Both the position numbers and the translations under genes were made by a program. Below the pieces are notes generated by a model. The model did no database searches and was not told the DNA's origin. It saw only the letters and a program-made list of their open reading frames with translations. Below, in pieces: positions 1 to 12,779 of a stretch of DNA of 64,000 nucleotides (position 1 is the first letter of the stretch; each line of letters opens with the position of its first letter). Source of the stretch: Narcine bancroftii (taxonomy: Eukaryota); contig NC_091475.1 of NCBI RefSeq assembly GCF_036971445.1, forward strand, positions 204,848,001 through 204,912,000. The letters run 5' to 3'.

Positions 1-475
1 CATTTCAATTCTGCTCCCCACTCCTGCACCAACATATAGGTCCCTGGCCTCATGCGCCGTCAAACCAGACCATCCAGAAATTGGAGAAGAAACACCTAAT
101 ATTGCGTCTGGGCGCTCTCCAACCGGATGGCATTAACATCGACCTCTCTGGTTTCTGCTGGACCACTCCCATTCTCCCTCTCTTCCCCACCCTTCTATCT
201 CCTTCCTTCCAGCTCTCCACCCACCACCCCCCTCACCATTCACAGAATTGTCCTCTCTCCCAGCTGTTTGCCACCCTCCCTGGCTCATCCGCCTATTACA
301 TCTTGCCTGTGGGACTGTGCTGATCCCCCTACCCCTCCCCACACCATTTTGTTCGGGCAGCCACCTATATTTTGCTCATACTTGAATGAAGGGCTCAAGC
401 CTGCAACATTGGTAATGTAGCTTTATCTTTGCTGTATAAAATACACTGTTTAACTTGCTGAATTTCTCCAGCATT
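1..475 (+). mobile_element. Penelope-like element 3' remnant (GIY-YIG C-terminus, 3' UTR, degenerate hammerhead motif)
   Basis: HFNS...LEKKHLILRLGALQPDGINIDLSGF, pyrimidine-rich UTR, then TTGAATGAAGGGCTCAAGCCTGCAAC at ~382-407; same layout recurs at 32750, 39905, 42615, 57500. Confidence 0.8.
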
Positions 476-512
476 GTAAAAAAAAAATTTAATTTAAATG
501 TAAAATTTAAAC

Positions 513-755
513 ATACAGCACAGTAACAGGCCAATTCAGCCCACGAGTCCGTGCCACCTAATTTACACCCAATTAACCTACAACCCCCAGTATGTTTTGA
601 ATGGTGGGAGGAAAGCTGGAGCCCCCGGGGAAAGCCCACGCAGACACGGGGAGAACATGCAAACTCCCTACAAAGAGCGTGGGATTCGAACCACTGGTCT
701 CGATCGCTGTGCTGTAAAGGCGTTGCGCTAACCACTATGCCAACCGTGCCACTCC
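513..755 (-). mobile_element. tRNA-derived V-SINE (HE1-like)
   Basis: Minus strand: A box TGGCATAGTGG, B box GGTTCGAATCC, V-domain GGAGTTTGCATGTTCTCCCCGTGTCTGCGTGGG, AT-rich tail. Confidence 0.85.
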
Positions 756-1089
756 AAACACTAATCCATAACTCAGGCATGGCTTTAAAGCCACCTCTCT
801 CTCCATCCCGATGTGTAAGGCAGAGTGAACAGCCTTCAGATGGAGAACACACTTGAGGCTGCAGATGGTGGATCCTGGAGCAATACACACTCTGCTGGAA
901 GAACTCAATGAGTCAAGCTGCACTCATGGGAGAAAGAGAATGGTCCATGTTTTGGGCTTAGGCCTTTCAAAACCAGCTGGACTGCATTAGACTATGTTAG
1001 ACTATTGTGTATTTCTATGTTAACAACAGTCTCAAATGAAAATAGGGTTTGGCTGCCTTAACAAAAAAGGTAAATAAGTCAGTTGTCAC

Positions 1090-1585
1090 ACATTATTGTG
1101 TTCAGTTCTGGTTGATTCATTACTAGAAGGATATGGAAGCTTCAGAGAGAGTGCAGAGATTTAACACAATGTTGGCTGGATTGAAGAACCGTCTTATGAG
1201 GAAATGTTGACTGAGGTTTCTCTCTTTTGATTTAATGGAGGTGTATAAGGTTATGAGGGGAATAGATGTGCTGGACATGCAGCCCCTTTTTTCTCAGGGT
1301 TGCATTTTCCTAGATGACACCAGTTTAAGATGAGTGGAGGAATGTTTGTGAGAGACATCAGAGCTAGGCATTTTACACAGAGAGAGGTGGGTGCTTGCCA
1401 GGAGTAGTGGTGGAGGTTGGTGTAATAGGGACATTCCTAAAATCTTAGACATGCACATGGAAGCAAGAAAAATTGGCAAGGTAGGTTTTGGGGACTGTAA
1501 GGGAGTGAAGAATGGGGTAGGTTTATATAGGAGGGCACAACATTATGGGCCGAATGTCCTCTACTATGCTGTACTGTTCTATTAG
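1090..1585 (+). mobile_element. CR1 LINE 3' fragment
   Basis: Decayed YCVQFW...ERVQR segment and CR1-type 3' UTR ending ATGCTGTACTGTTCTAT; similar to 16190-16995. Confidence 0.7.
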
Positions 1586-1879
1586 TCATGACGGTGAACG
1601 AATAAGCCAGAAGGAATCCAAAATAGAGAGATCACTGAAAACACTCAGAAGGCCAGGCATGTGGAGGGAGGAGCAGAAATAATGATGACCGTTTATCAGA
1701 GCACTGAGGAAGGAGATAAGAGTTCAAAAACAGTTTTGGAAGATATCTAAGCAAAGCAAGAATTACGAGAGGATGAACTCACCATAAGCGGCCGGTAGAA
1801 AGATTTGAAACACACAGTGGGTGATGGTGGGGTGGGTGGGGGGGGGGGGGGGGGGGGCGGTGGTGGTGGGGATCTGGCT

Positions 1880-2190
1880 GGAGATCTGCGATCAGTGATA
1901 TGTTGCCAAGGTTGATGCTGGGTCCATTGTTGTCTACCATCTACATTCACAATTTAGATGCAATCTAATTAACAGGATTAGTAAATGTGAAGAAGGCATC
2001 AACATTTTAGGTTTTGTGGGCTGTGAGAAAGGATGCTTAAATTTACTACAGGATCTGGATTGGTTTAGAATGTGGGATTGAAGTGGTAAATGGAATTTAA
2101 CTGAAAAATGTGAGGTGTTGAAATTTGGCAAGTCAAACCTGGGGTAGACTTGCACAGCAAATGGTAGGGCCCTGGAGAGTATTCCCAGGT
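1880..2190 (+). mobile_element. CR1 RT fragment
   Basis: Decayed VPQG..LGPLL and W.MEFN.EKCEVL.FG motifs. Confidence 0.6.
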
Positions 2191-2199
2191 CCATCACAG

Positions 2200-2700
2200 G
2201 CACTGACTGCCTATCCATTCCCAACATTAATGCAAGATGCCCTCCTTCTTCCAAAAATATATGGCTTCCCTTCTGGCACAATCAACCCGGTCCTCACTCA
2301 GATGTTCTCCATTTCCTGCACATCCACCCCAGCCCCCTACACCACCAGTGCAACAAGAACAGGATTCCCCTTGTTCTCACCCACCAGCCTCCATATCCAA
2401 CATATTATCCTCTGCAATTTCCACCATTTACAACATGATCCCACCACCAGACATATCTTCCCCTCTCCTCCCCTCTCCACATTCTTCACCCTCCATGTTT
2501 CCCTGGTCCACTCCTTCTTCCCCACCTACCCCCGTGATCGCAGGAAATGCTGCACTTGCACCCACTACCATTCGGGGCCCTTGGAAGCAGTCCTTCCAAA
2601 TGAATCTGCGGGGGTCATCCACTGCACCCGGTGCTCCTGTTGTGGCCTCCTCAACACTGGAGGGACCAGGGTCCTCTTAGCAGCTAACCATTTCAATCAC
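2200..2700 (+). mobile_element. Penelope-like ORF fragment (RT-GIY-YIG linker)
   Basis: GFPSGTIN...PLFSPTSLHIQHIILCNFHHLQHDPTTRHIFPSPPLS...IHCTRCSCCGLL in ORF 2125-2832. Confidence 0.75.
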
Positions 2701-3213
2701 TGTTGCTCAAAGAGGGGGTGCTTGGTTTATTCCACATGGACTTCCCACAATCAGAGACCACCTAGACACTGGATATCAGCCTTAACTAATGATGGCCCCC
2801 AAACACCAATTGTTGTGCACAGGCAATGTTGAAAGCAATTCAGAGCAAATAAAACAGAAGGAATTTAATCATTCTTTCAAAGTCCTTTCACAGATTTCAT
2901 CTGTGCTGTATCATTCTACAACTCCATCACCTTTCCTCTTCCACAATCGATGTGGACAGTCCTATTCTGCAGAGCACATCCATAAATCTCTGTAATTGCC
3001 CTCTGCTGTTCAATCTTCCAATCCTCTCATGTAATTTCCAATGCTTATGGGTTGGAGGCACTTGAATACATCCTTTTCTTGATCCAGTGTCCTCCAGCCT
3101 CTTCGTGGACTTTTGCTTCTACTCCCTTTTTTTTCATTCTGTTATTTCCTCCTTCAAATTCATGATGATCCTCCATAATCCTTCATTTCAATTCCCTTCC
3201 CTTTCTGCTCCTT

Positions 3214-3438
3214 TGTGATGGAACACAGTAATACATGCTTTGTACTGGTTTGCCTTCCCCTGATACTGTACCTCCTCCCCCTCCAGAATTCCTAATAAAG
3301 GCAGAACCACCCAATCTCTTCCCTCTATACTACCTTGGATATGGGCCAACAGCATTTAAGAGAAGGCTGTAAGTTTATAGTGATTAAAGCCTATTAATCT
3401 TGACGTCTGGTCTGTTGGGTATAATTGATAGCACTGCA
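3214..3438 (+). repeat. 5' LTR of element 1
   Basis: TG...CA, 225 bp, homologous to 7197-7422 and to split solo LTR 45003-45641. Confidence 0.9.
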
Positions 3439-6400
3439 ATTTAATCACCATAACTGCATGGCATGGACGAGGCTATTCAAGTGGAGAAGCTGGACACTGA
3501 CCCTAAGGATCCAGGGGTCTCTGTAAAATTCGACCACCTTTATGAAACATGACATTTGGGAAGAAGTCAAGGAGAGAGGCCAGCTGTTTGCACAGGTCGG
3601 CCACCGTGTTTTCCAGATGATCAGGGACTGTGACACTGGCCCAGCCTCTGTAGGGCTCTGAAGAACATAATCTACAGCTGATACTCAGCCGTTGGTAAGC
3701 ACCTGGTGAATCTGTTGACAATTACATTTGGGCCTTGTGGGAGCTGAGTTAAGCTTGTGGCTGCACAGACATTACGACACCTGTCTACCAAGAGGATTTG
3801 ATCAGGGACGCCTGTGCAGCTGGTCTCAGGTCTGACCATATTTGACAAAGGCTCTTGGAGAATGACGATCGAACCCTGCAGGACATGGTCAATCTCGCCA
3901 AGGCACTACAGATGGACCAACTGAATGTGAACACTTACTCCTCCAGAAAAGTGGCTGCCAAATGGGGAGCATGGGTGTCGCCATCTTAGGATATGGGGTC
4001 CCAAACAGCAGCCATTATTGCTGAGCGTCGGAGGTGAGATTACTAAGGCCAGACAAAGCACCCTTGGAGGAACTGTCCTGCTAGAAGTTCGACTTGCTCC
4101 AACTGCAGAAGAAAAGGACACTATGCAAGGATATGTAGATCCAGACCTTCCCCTTGCAGCACTGCATGCAAGCAGCAGCCATCGCCATCTTGGACCGCAT
4201 CATTTCCAGTTCCACTTCTGGTAATGGAGAACATCATGGTGGGGACCTTGGCGTGACAGCTGGGGTTAACGTCACTTCCAGCTTTACTTCCGGCAGCAAC
4301 CGCTTGTGAACCATGGGGGCAGGCATCTTCAGGGTGATCATCTTGGATGTCGCTGACGCATATGTACAGTAGCTGAGAGTCAGGCAACGAACTGACGCTG
4401 ACATCCAATGTCTGGACCAGAGCAGCCCACATTAATTAGCAAGGTTCATTGAGGTAAACGGGTGCATTACTAACTGCTTGTTCAACACGGGAGGCATCAA
4501 CACTTTACACACCTGGGTACTGTACAGCACTGCTCCCTCACAGTGACCACAGTCCAGTGTAAAATCTCATTGGCCTTTAATCCCATTCAACTGAAATAAC
4601 TGAAGTAACGAAAACTGTGGGTGGTACCAAGAATTTTAAATTGTTCGTTATGTCACAACTCTGTGCACCAGGCATGCGGGGGCTGGACTTGCAGTGCCAA
4701 TTTAAAAGTGTTCTAATGGAATATGGCAGGTCCCACCCTCCCTCACGGTCCGTAATAATCGACTTTTAAACCACCTGCCCATCTCCGTAAAATCAGCCCA
4801 TCAGAAACCTGAACACACCCCACCTGCTCACGACCTGCGGTCTGTCCATCTTCCAAGTCCCACCGCCCCCCATTCGAAAATGCCACTCCTGACGGTAAGC
4901 CTAGGGCAACTAAGAGCAGGCGATACAATCCTGGGTACAGAGACTTTATCAAGGTTGACTCCTGGCAGAGGGCATCATAGGACCCAACACAGCCCTTGAA
5001 GAGCACAGACAGTGGTTGTAAAGAGGGGGGAGAAGCACAGGATGGTCATAGACTACGCCAGACCATCAACAAGTTCACCCTCTTGGATGCCTATCCCCTC
5101 CCCCACATAGCCAGCATGGTGAATGAGATTGTCCAATACGGGGTCTTCTCCAGCATTGACCACAAGTTGGCCTATCCCAGCTCCCAATCCGGCCAGACTC
5201 CTTTAGAGTCATGAACGGAGTTTCGGTCTTCCAGAGTGAGATGGACCGAATAATGGATGGCCACCAACTGAAAGCCACATTCCCCTACCTGGACAACGTG
5301 ACTATCTGTGGCCATGAACTGTAGGATCAAGATGCTCTCCTGCGAAAATTCCTCCAGATGGCAAAAGTCCTAAATCTCACATATAACCAGAAGAGTAGAG
5401 CCTCTGGCTCTACTAGAGTGCATGGTTGAGAATGGAGTCATTGGATCCGACCCTGAGCATATGCAGCCCCTGCTCAAGCTCCCACTCCCCCATAACTTCA
5501 AGGCCCTGAAAAGGTTCCTGGGGTTCTTTTCATACTATGCTCAATGCATCCCCAATTATGTGGACAAAACCCACCCCCTGGTAAAAACTACTACCTTTCC
5601 CCTGTCGGCAGAAGCCCTGGTGGCCTTCACTCACATCAAAAGTGGCATTGCCAAGGCAGCGATGCACACCACAGACAAATCCATCTCATTCCAGGAGAGC
5701 AATGCATCCGACTTTGCCCTGGCTGCTACGCTGAACTAGGTGAGCAGGCCGGTGGCATTTTTTCTCACGTACCTTCCAGGGTCCCGAACTCCGACACTCA
5801 GCCATTGAAAAAGAGGCCCAGGCCATAGTGAAAGCTGTGCACCACTGGAGACATTATCTATCCGGCAAACCGTTCACTCAGCTGACTGACCAACTTGTAG
5901 TCGCAATTATGTTTAACAACAAACAGCAAGGAAAAATTAACAACCACAAGATCCTGAGGTGGAGAATTGAACTGTCCACCTACAACTACCAGCCCAGGAA
6001 GATTAACGAGCCTCCCGATGCCCTAACAAGGTACCTGCACCAACGCACAAGCAGATCACCTCCAAGCCCTTCACCGCAGCCTCTGTCACTCCAGGGTCAC
6101 CAAATTCTATTGCTTTGTGAGAGCCCACAACTATACGTACCAGGTGGAGGACACCAGGGAGCTGACCTGCAGCTACCTCGACTGCATGGAGTGCAAGCCG
6201 CATTTCTAGCGGCTGGAGAAAGCTCACCCGCCTCTTTGAATGTCTAAGTATGGAATTCAAGGGCCCTCTCCCCACCACGAACTAGAACATATCCCATTCG
6301 CCATCCACTGGCCAGATAGGACTACGACCACTGTTATTAAGTCCCTACATAAACTCTTCATGCTCTTCAGATACCCGAGTTACATCCACAGTGACCGGGT

Positions 6401-7196
6401 GCCCTCATTCATGAGTGAGGAGTTGCACCAATACCGGATGGCCAAAGGCATAGCTTTGAACAGGACCACCAGCTATAACCCCCAAGGCAATGGCCAGGTA
6501 GAAAGTGAGAATAGCACCATTTAGAGAGCAGTCCTCCTGGCACTCAGGTCAAAAGGGCTGCTTTTCTTTCACTGGCAAGAGATCCTACCTGAGCCGCTCC
6601 ATGCCATTGGGCCCCTTCTCTGTTCAGCAATGAATGTGACCCTGCATGAAAAATTATTCTCCTGCCCCAGAGTCAGCATCGGGGACAATATTACCTGCCT
6701 GGCAGACAACCCCATGACCTATGCTACTCCAGAGACACACCAGAATTCACAAAGCAGACCCTCTGGTCAGGAAAGTCCACCTCCTCATTGCGAATCCTCA
6801 GGATGCATATGTGAAGTACCAGGATGAGTGGAGAGGCACTGTCTCTGCCTGGGACCCGGAATATACAGGAGACCTGCAAATGAGGCACTTGTTGAACTAA
6901 CTACGGTCAACCAGCAACCCCCACTTCCCCACGATTACCAGAGACACAGTCAAGGATCCAACCCCACCATTGGCACCAGCTGTATCGTTCCAACCCCAAC
7001 CCACATCTTCTCCTTCCCCCCTGATCTAGCCCCAACTGATTCTCTTCAGCCATCTGAATCACAGCCCATCACACAGCCAGCACTGCAATGGTCAGTACGG
7101 TGGACAAAATTACCGGACGGACCAAACCTGTAAATAGTCTCTGAATGGACTTTGACGCTTCATCCTGCTGGACGTTGTTTCAAAATAAGGGGTGAA

Positions 7197-7422
7197 TATG
7201 GTGGAACACTGTATTACAGTCATTGTACTGGTGGGCCTATCCCCGATATTGTAACTCCTCCCCCTCCAGAATTCCAAATAAAGGCAATGTCACCCAATTC
7301 CCCTCCCTCAGTACTGCCTTGGAATCAAGCCAACAGCATGAAAGCTATGCCTGTAAGTTTATAGCAATTAAAGCCTATTAATCTCGACTTCTGGTCTGTC
7401 GGCTCTAATTGATAGTGCCACA
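7197..7422 (+). repeat. 3' LTR of element 1
   Basis: Directly follows PPT, ends GATAGTGCCACA, direct repeat of 3214-3438. Confidence 0.9.
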
Positions 7423-7924
7423 TGCTATGTTGAAACAAAACTGATCGGTTCTCTCTGTGTTTCATTTTGATCTGCCTTGGAAGGCAGTGTGATTGCCCAC
7501 TGTTGAGTGAGAGGCAATCAATCTCAGTTTTACCAAACACACAGTTGTGTAATTCATAAACCATATTTATTAACTCGACCATTCTTTGCATTAGTGTATC
7601 TTTTGCTTCTCCACTGGAATTTCACTTCAGGCTGTCAGTGAGGGTTTGCGATGTCACCTTCGGATGGAACAGCAAAGCTGGCATGGGTACATAGGCAGGT
7701 GGATGTTGTTTTTCAGGCCTTGTTCTCTGAACAGTGGCCAACAGCCCTGTTCCTCTGACATCAAACCTGTGAGGTTTAACCTTTTTATAAGCCTGATTCT
7801 GGCCTTCACCTTTAGGAGCATGAATTGACCATTCAGCATGCTGAGCCTGATCTTCCGTTCTACAAGCTCATATCTGATCTCGCGATGTACTCTGATCCAT
7901 TTAACCCATTAGTTGCTCATCACC

Positions 7925-9628
7925 CTTAATTCCCTGGACCCACTGCAATTTTACCATCATCATAATTGCTCCATGGTGGACATAATATCATTGGCTCTGG
8001 ATCCTCTCGAAAACAATTCATACATACGGCGAGTCTTCATAGACTACAGCTCAGCCTTCAATACCATTATTCCCTCACTGTTGATCAAGATGCTCCAATC
8101 CCTGAGTTTTGGCTCCTCCTTCTGCAGCTGGATCCTTGACTTCTTCACTAGAAGACCACAGTCAGTACTGTTACAGGCCCAGAGGACCCCAAAACCCAGC
8201 AGCAATAGAAATTCACCAAGACAAATGGTTACTTAAACAAAAGTCATTTTTAATTTTCTTTAAATATAATAACAGGATCAAACTCTAACTTATTATTATT
8301 AATTTAACTTAACCGCCTTCTAATTATAAATGTGTATGTAATGTGTATATATTCAGAGAAGTTATTTGATTCACAGTCCAATCTCACTTCTCACTCCTCC
8401 AAGTTCACTGGTATCAGGCAATTCATGGACTGTGCTCAGAAATAAAGATTTATGAATTTTCACCCAACTCCAGTACTTAAAGATCATTGGTTACCTCTCC
8501 AGAAGGTTCTTCTTGATTCCAGAGAGAGATTCATTGCTCATTGGATACACACACAAACTGATTCCCTCCAATCAGGCACTTCAGTGTCTTGCCGAAGAAA
8601 CTTGCCCCATCAGGGTTTTCTAAATGATAACCTTCTTCTGCAGGTCACCACAGAGTTCCTTTTCTTTCCCTTATTTCTGGTGAAACACTCTAGCCGGCCA
8701 TTTCCTCTTGTAAGGACCACAAGAGTTTTCAACAGGCTGAACTCAGAACTCACAACCCATCTTCAAAATGGAGTTTCAATAAGCTGCCAGCTTGCCATGA
8801 CTGCAGAAACCAGTTCTCTCTCTCTCTGCTTGCAAAACCACATGATCTCCTTAGAACAGCAAACTGCAACCAGACAGATTGCAGCGCCGGACCCAAACTT
8901 CTGAGCCCGTTCATCTGTTGCTTTGAAAACAATAATTCATTACTCATGTCCAACTAACACCTACTTGTGAAGTATCTTAAGTTCAGCTTCTTCTATTTGC
9001 ACCTGCTTATGAAAACCTCCAGCAAAGCAATTTTTATTGTCCCTACAAAGGCCCTGGGTTCGGACTGTCTGGTTTGAGCAAAGCTCTTGCGTTTTAAATG
9101 AGATCTGTTTTGTGAAGTGTTTGTGTTTGTTTGTGACCTACACTAAATCCCCACAATCTATCTCCTCCAAAAACATATCTATATATAATATTAAATATAA
9201 TATAATCTGCCCCTCCTCATTGACTATTGACATAGGCGCACATCAAGGATGTGTGCTTAGCTCACTGACCTACTCACTATGCAACCATGACTGTGTGGCC
9301 AGGCACAATTCCAATGCTACTGAAAAATTGCAGATGACACCACAGTTGTCGGTAGAATCACAAATGGCAATGATGAAGTGCAGAGGAGGGAGGTAGATCA
9401 GCTCATTGAGTGGAGTCACACCAACAATCTTACAATCAAAGTTAGCAAAATCAAGGAGATGATTGTGGACTTCAGGAGGAAGTCGGGGGGAACACGATCC
9501 AGTCCTCATCGAGGACTCAGTCATGGAGAGGGTCAAGAACTTCAAATTCTTGGGTGTCAACATCTTCAAGAATCTGTCTTGGAGCCTCCATGCCAATGCA
9601 ACCATGAAGAAGGCTCGCCAGTAGCTAG
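7925..9628 (+). mobile_element. Rex1/Babar-like LINE RT fragment interrupted by a solo LTR
   Basis: LDPLQF...YIRRVFIDYSSAFNTIIP..L (7913-8168) resumes after the insertion as GAHQGCVLS.L.YSL..HDCVA and KIKEMIVDFRR. Confidence 0.8.
8169..9200 (-). repeat. ~1 kb solo LTR (family A)
   Basis: Starts TGTTACAGGCCCAGAGGACCCCAAAACCCAGCAGCAATAG; colinear copies at 31574-32629, 43119-44163, partial 41428-41680; cleanly interrupts a LINE. LTR class and strand are inferred from TG..CA ends. Confidence 0.7.
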
Positions 9629-11055
9629 ACTGGCATAGTGTACAAGGAAGGGAAACAAATAGTAGTGGGATGGAACATATGGAGATTAAAGAGGAGGAGA
9701 TATTTGTTCTCTTATAATGAATAAAGGTAGATGTATCCCCTGGGCCTGACATGATATTCCCTTGGACCTTGAGGGAGGCTAGTGTAGAAATTGCAGGTGC
9801 CCTGAAAGAAATATTTAAAACATCCTTATCTGCAGATGAGGTGCCCAAGGATTGGAGGGAAGCTCATGCTTTTCTGTTGTTTAAAAAAGGCTCCAAAAGT
9901 AAACCAGAAAATTAGAGGTTGGCGAGTCTGAAGTCAGTAATGGGTAAGTTATTGGAGGGTGTTCTGAGAGATCAGATATTCAAGTATTTGGACAGCCAAG
10001 GGCTGATTAAAAATAGTCAGCAGGGCTTTGAGCTTGGTAGGTTGTGTTTAACAAATCTGAAAGAGTTTTTTTGATGAAGTTACCAAGAAAGTAGATGAAG
10101 GAAAGGCTATGGATGTTGTCTGTGTGGATATTAGAAAGGCATTCGACAAGATCCCACATGGGAGGTTAGTTCAGATGGTTCAGACACTGAGTATTGTAAA
10201 TTGGGTTTGAAATTGGTAGAAGTTAGAGAGTGGTAGTGGATGGATGCTTCTCAGACTGGAGGCCTGTGATTAGTAGTGTGCCTCAGGGATCGGTGCTGGG
10301 ACCATTGTTGTTTGTTGTCTATATCAATAATCTGGACGATAATGCGGGAAATTGGATCAGCAAATTTGCTGGTGACACTAAGATTGGAGGCGTCGTGGAC
10401 AGCGAGGAAGGCTTTCAAAGCTTACTGAGGGATCTGAACCAACTGGAAAGATGGGACACAATATGGCAGATGGAATTTAATGCAGACAAATGTGAGGTGT
10501 TGCATTTTGGAAGGACAACCAAGGTAGGACATACACAGTAAATGAGGAGTGCAGAGGGGCAAAGGGTTCTGCAAATACAGATGTATACTTCCCTGAAGAT
10601 GGCATCACAGGTAGACAGGGTTGTAAAGAAAGCTTTTGGCATGTTCGTCTTCATAAATCAAAGTAATGAGTACAGGAGTTGGGATGTTAATGATGAGGTT
10701 GTATAAGACATTGGTGAGACCAAATCTGAATTATTGTGTGCAGTTCAGGTTGCATAACTACAGGAAGGTTATCAATCAGATTGAAAGAGTGCAGAGAAGA
10801 TTTACCAGTATGTTGTTGGGTCTTCAGGAGTTGAGTTACAGGGAAAGGTTAAGCAGGTTAGGACTTTATTCCTTGGAGCATAGAAGAATGAGGAGAGATT
10901 GGATAGTGGTTTACCAAAATATGAGGGGTACAGACAGAGTAAATGCGAGTAGGCTCTTTCCACTTAGATTAGATCAATGGGACTTGGTGGCAGAAAATGT
11001 TTGGCATGGACTAGAAGGGCCGAACTGGCTTATTTTTGTGCTGTCATTGTTATAT
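9629..11055 (+). mobile_element. CR1 LINE ORF2 (RT to 3' end), decayed
   Basis: SPGPD.IFP.TL, SVPQGSVLGPLLFVVYINNLD, SKFAGDTKIGG, LYKTLVRPNLNYCVQF, ERVQRRFT. Confidence 0.9.
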
Positions 11056-11129
11056 AGTTGATGTATTTATTGAGTAATCTTTATTTAATTGCAATAATGT
11101 AATTTACTTTTAACCTCTAGCATACGTAT

Positions 11130-11335
11130 AGAGGTTAGCACCACACCATGACAGCAACACCATCGCCGATTGGATTCCAGCACTGTCCATAAGGAGTTTC
11201 TACATTCTCCCCACATCTTTGCGGGTTGTGCCAATGTGCTCTGCTTTCCTCAAAATACATACGTAGGTTAATCTGGGTGCAATTGGGCGGCCCAGATTTA
11301 AATGGCCGGAATTGGCTTCTACCCTGCTGTTAATA
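11130..11335 (+). mobile_element. Degenerate V-SINE
   Basis: GGTTAGCACCACACC head and AAGGAGTTTCTACATTCTCCCC V-domain. Confidence 0.6.
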
Positions 11336-12279
11336 CAATTAAAAATATAGCGCCAAGGGGGTGTGAACACCCCCTTGCTGCAGGATCAAGAAAGAAAAGG
11401 AAGAATTTAAAATATTCTCTTGCAACAAGAAGGCTCATTGCATCCACGCCAACCGAGATTTCATAACTACATCTGCGAATTTAATTTGAGATACGAGAAT
11501 ACAATTTTCTTAACTATCTTCCTCTCGAAGAATAAATTTTATTCTTGTTCCTCTCTCCATAGCTGCTGATCCCAGTATTTTTGCAAACTATGATGCAGTT
11601 CACACTTCTCCAGTTATTTATCGACTCAGACTTGAAAACAAAGTAAATTATTGCACCGGCAGAGCTATTAGTTCCAACTTCATCTAAAATGCATTATGAT
11701 CATCTCTTACAGATGAAATGTTTCAGTTCCATCAATCACCTTTTATCATCAAATTCTATCAGTAATAAGTAGAAATTTAATTTGTAGATATTCCAGAGCA
11801 GAGCTTCCCAAATGATTTTCCAATCCAGCTCTATTTTCATGCTTGGATGTTCTAGCTTCTTCAGAAACCAAGCAAATTAAATTCAAATAATAGACAATTT
11901 TAGTGCAATTGAGTACTGTCAAACAACTGATAGAACAGGTTTTAAGCACCTTTGGGGATTGGTAGATGCCGGATAAGAGAATTTTCTGGTTGCTTGAGAT
12001 TGCATGTGGCCTAAATTGATGAATCATGGGGTGCCAATTTTGATCAAGATTTTTTTATCTATTTATTTTCCGTGATTTTTTTTGCCATTTACTTGAATTC
12101 CGGAAAATGGGGGTTTTACTGTTAATCATCTGAAACTTATGTCTCTCCCACACAGACAGTACTCTTGATTGGAATGAATTGAGTCACTGGTGCGATCCAG
12201 CTATAATTAGCTTGTGGAAAAAAGTTATCTCCATTTCATGCAAGGAATCCGATGCCCAGTTTACATTTTGGAGTTAACC

Positions 12280-12778
12280 CAGAAAGTCTGCAGAGCTTGA
12301 GGCCGCATAAACGTGTTGGAGAAACTCAGCAGGTCACACAGCGTCCATGGGAAGTAATGGATAACCTGCATTTCAGGCCTGGGCCCTTTGTCAGGCAGAC
12401 AGGCTCTATTCGGAGGGGGCGGCTGAGGAGGAGAGGAAAGGAGTGGGGGAAGGGGCCAGGGGAGAAGTGTAGGCCAACGGGGAAGAGGTTATAGGTGGAT
12501 GTAGGTGGGCGTGAAGAAGAGAAAAAAGCTGAGAAGTGAAAGGGGGAGAGGGTCGAGGGTCGCAGTCTAATAGAAGAAGGAAGGGAAGGGAAGGAGAGTA
12601 GAAGGAAAGGAGACCGACGTGAAAAGAGAGAGAGAGATGAGGAGGCGGCTAATGCAAATTGGAGAAGTCAATGTTAATGCCATCTGATGGAGTATAAGGA
12701 GTTGTTCCTCAATTTATGTGTGGCCTTGATTTGGCAGTGGATGTGGCCATGTTAGTATGGCAATGGCATGTGGAATAT
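12280..12778 (-). mobile_element. Penelope-like 3' remnant
   Basis: Reverse complement of PLE end: CCTGACAAAGGGCCCAGGCCTGAAA, purine-rich UTR, GGAGAAGTCAATGTTAATGCCATC. Confidence 0.7.
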
Positions 12779-12779
12779 G

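Larger units (their letters stand above)
3214..7422 (+). mobile_element. Decayed full-length Ty3/Gypsy LTR retrotransposon (element 1)
   Basis: LTRs 3214-3438 and 7197-7422; PPT AAAATAAGGGGTGAA; gag ATG 3463 with CCHC knuckle (CSNCRRKGHYARIC); protease; RT (QTINKFTLLDAYPLP, FPYLDNVTICG); RNase H; integrase (YIHSDR..FMSEE, TTSYNPQGNGQVE); many stops and frameshifts. Confidence 0.93.

Noticed and set aside
513-755. tRNA gene
   Set aside because: A/B boxes are followed by a V-domain and tail and recur in many copies: a SINE head, not a tRNA.
9270-9848. 192-aa minus-strand ORF
   Set aside because: Antisense across a Rex1/Babar-CR1 junction.
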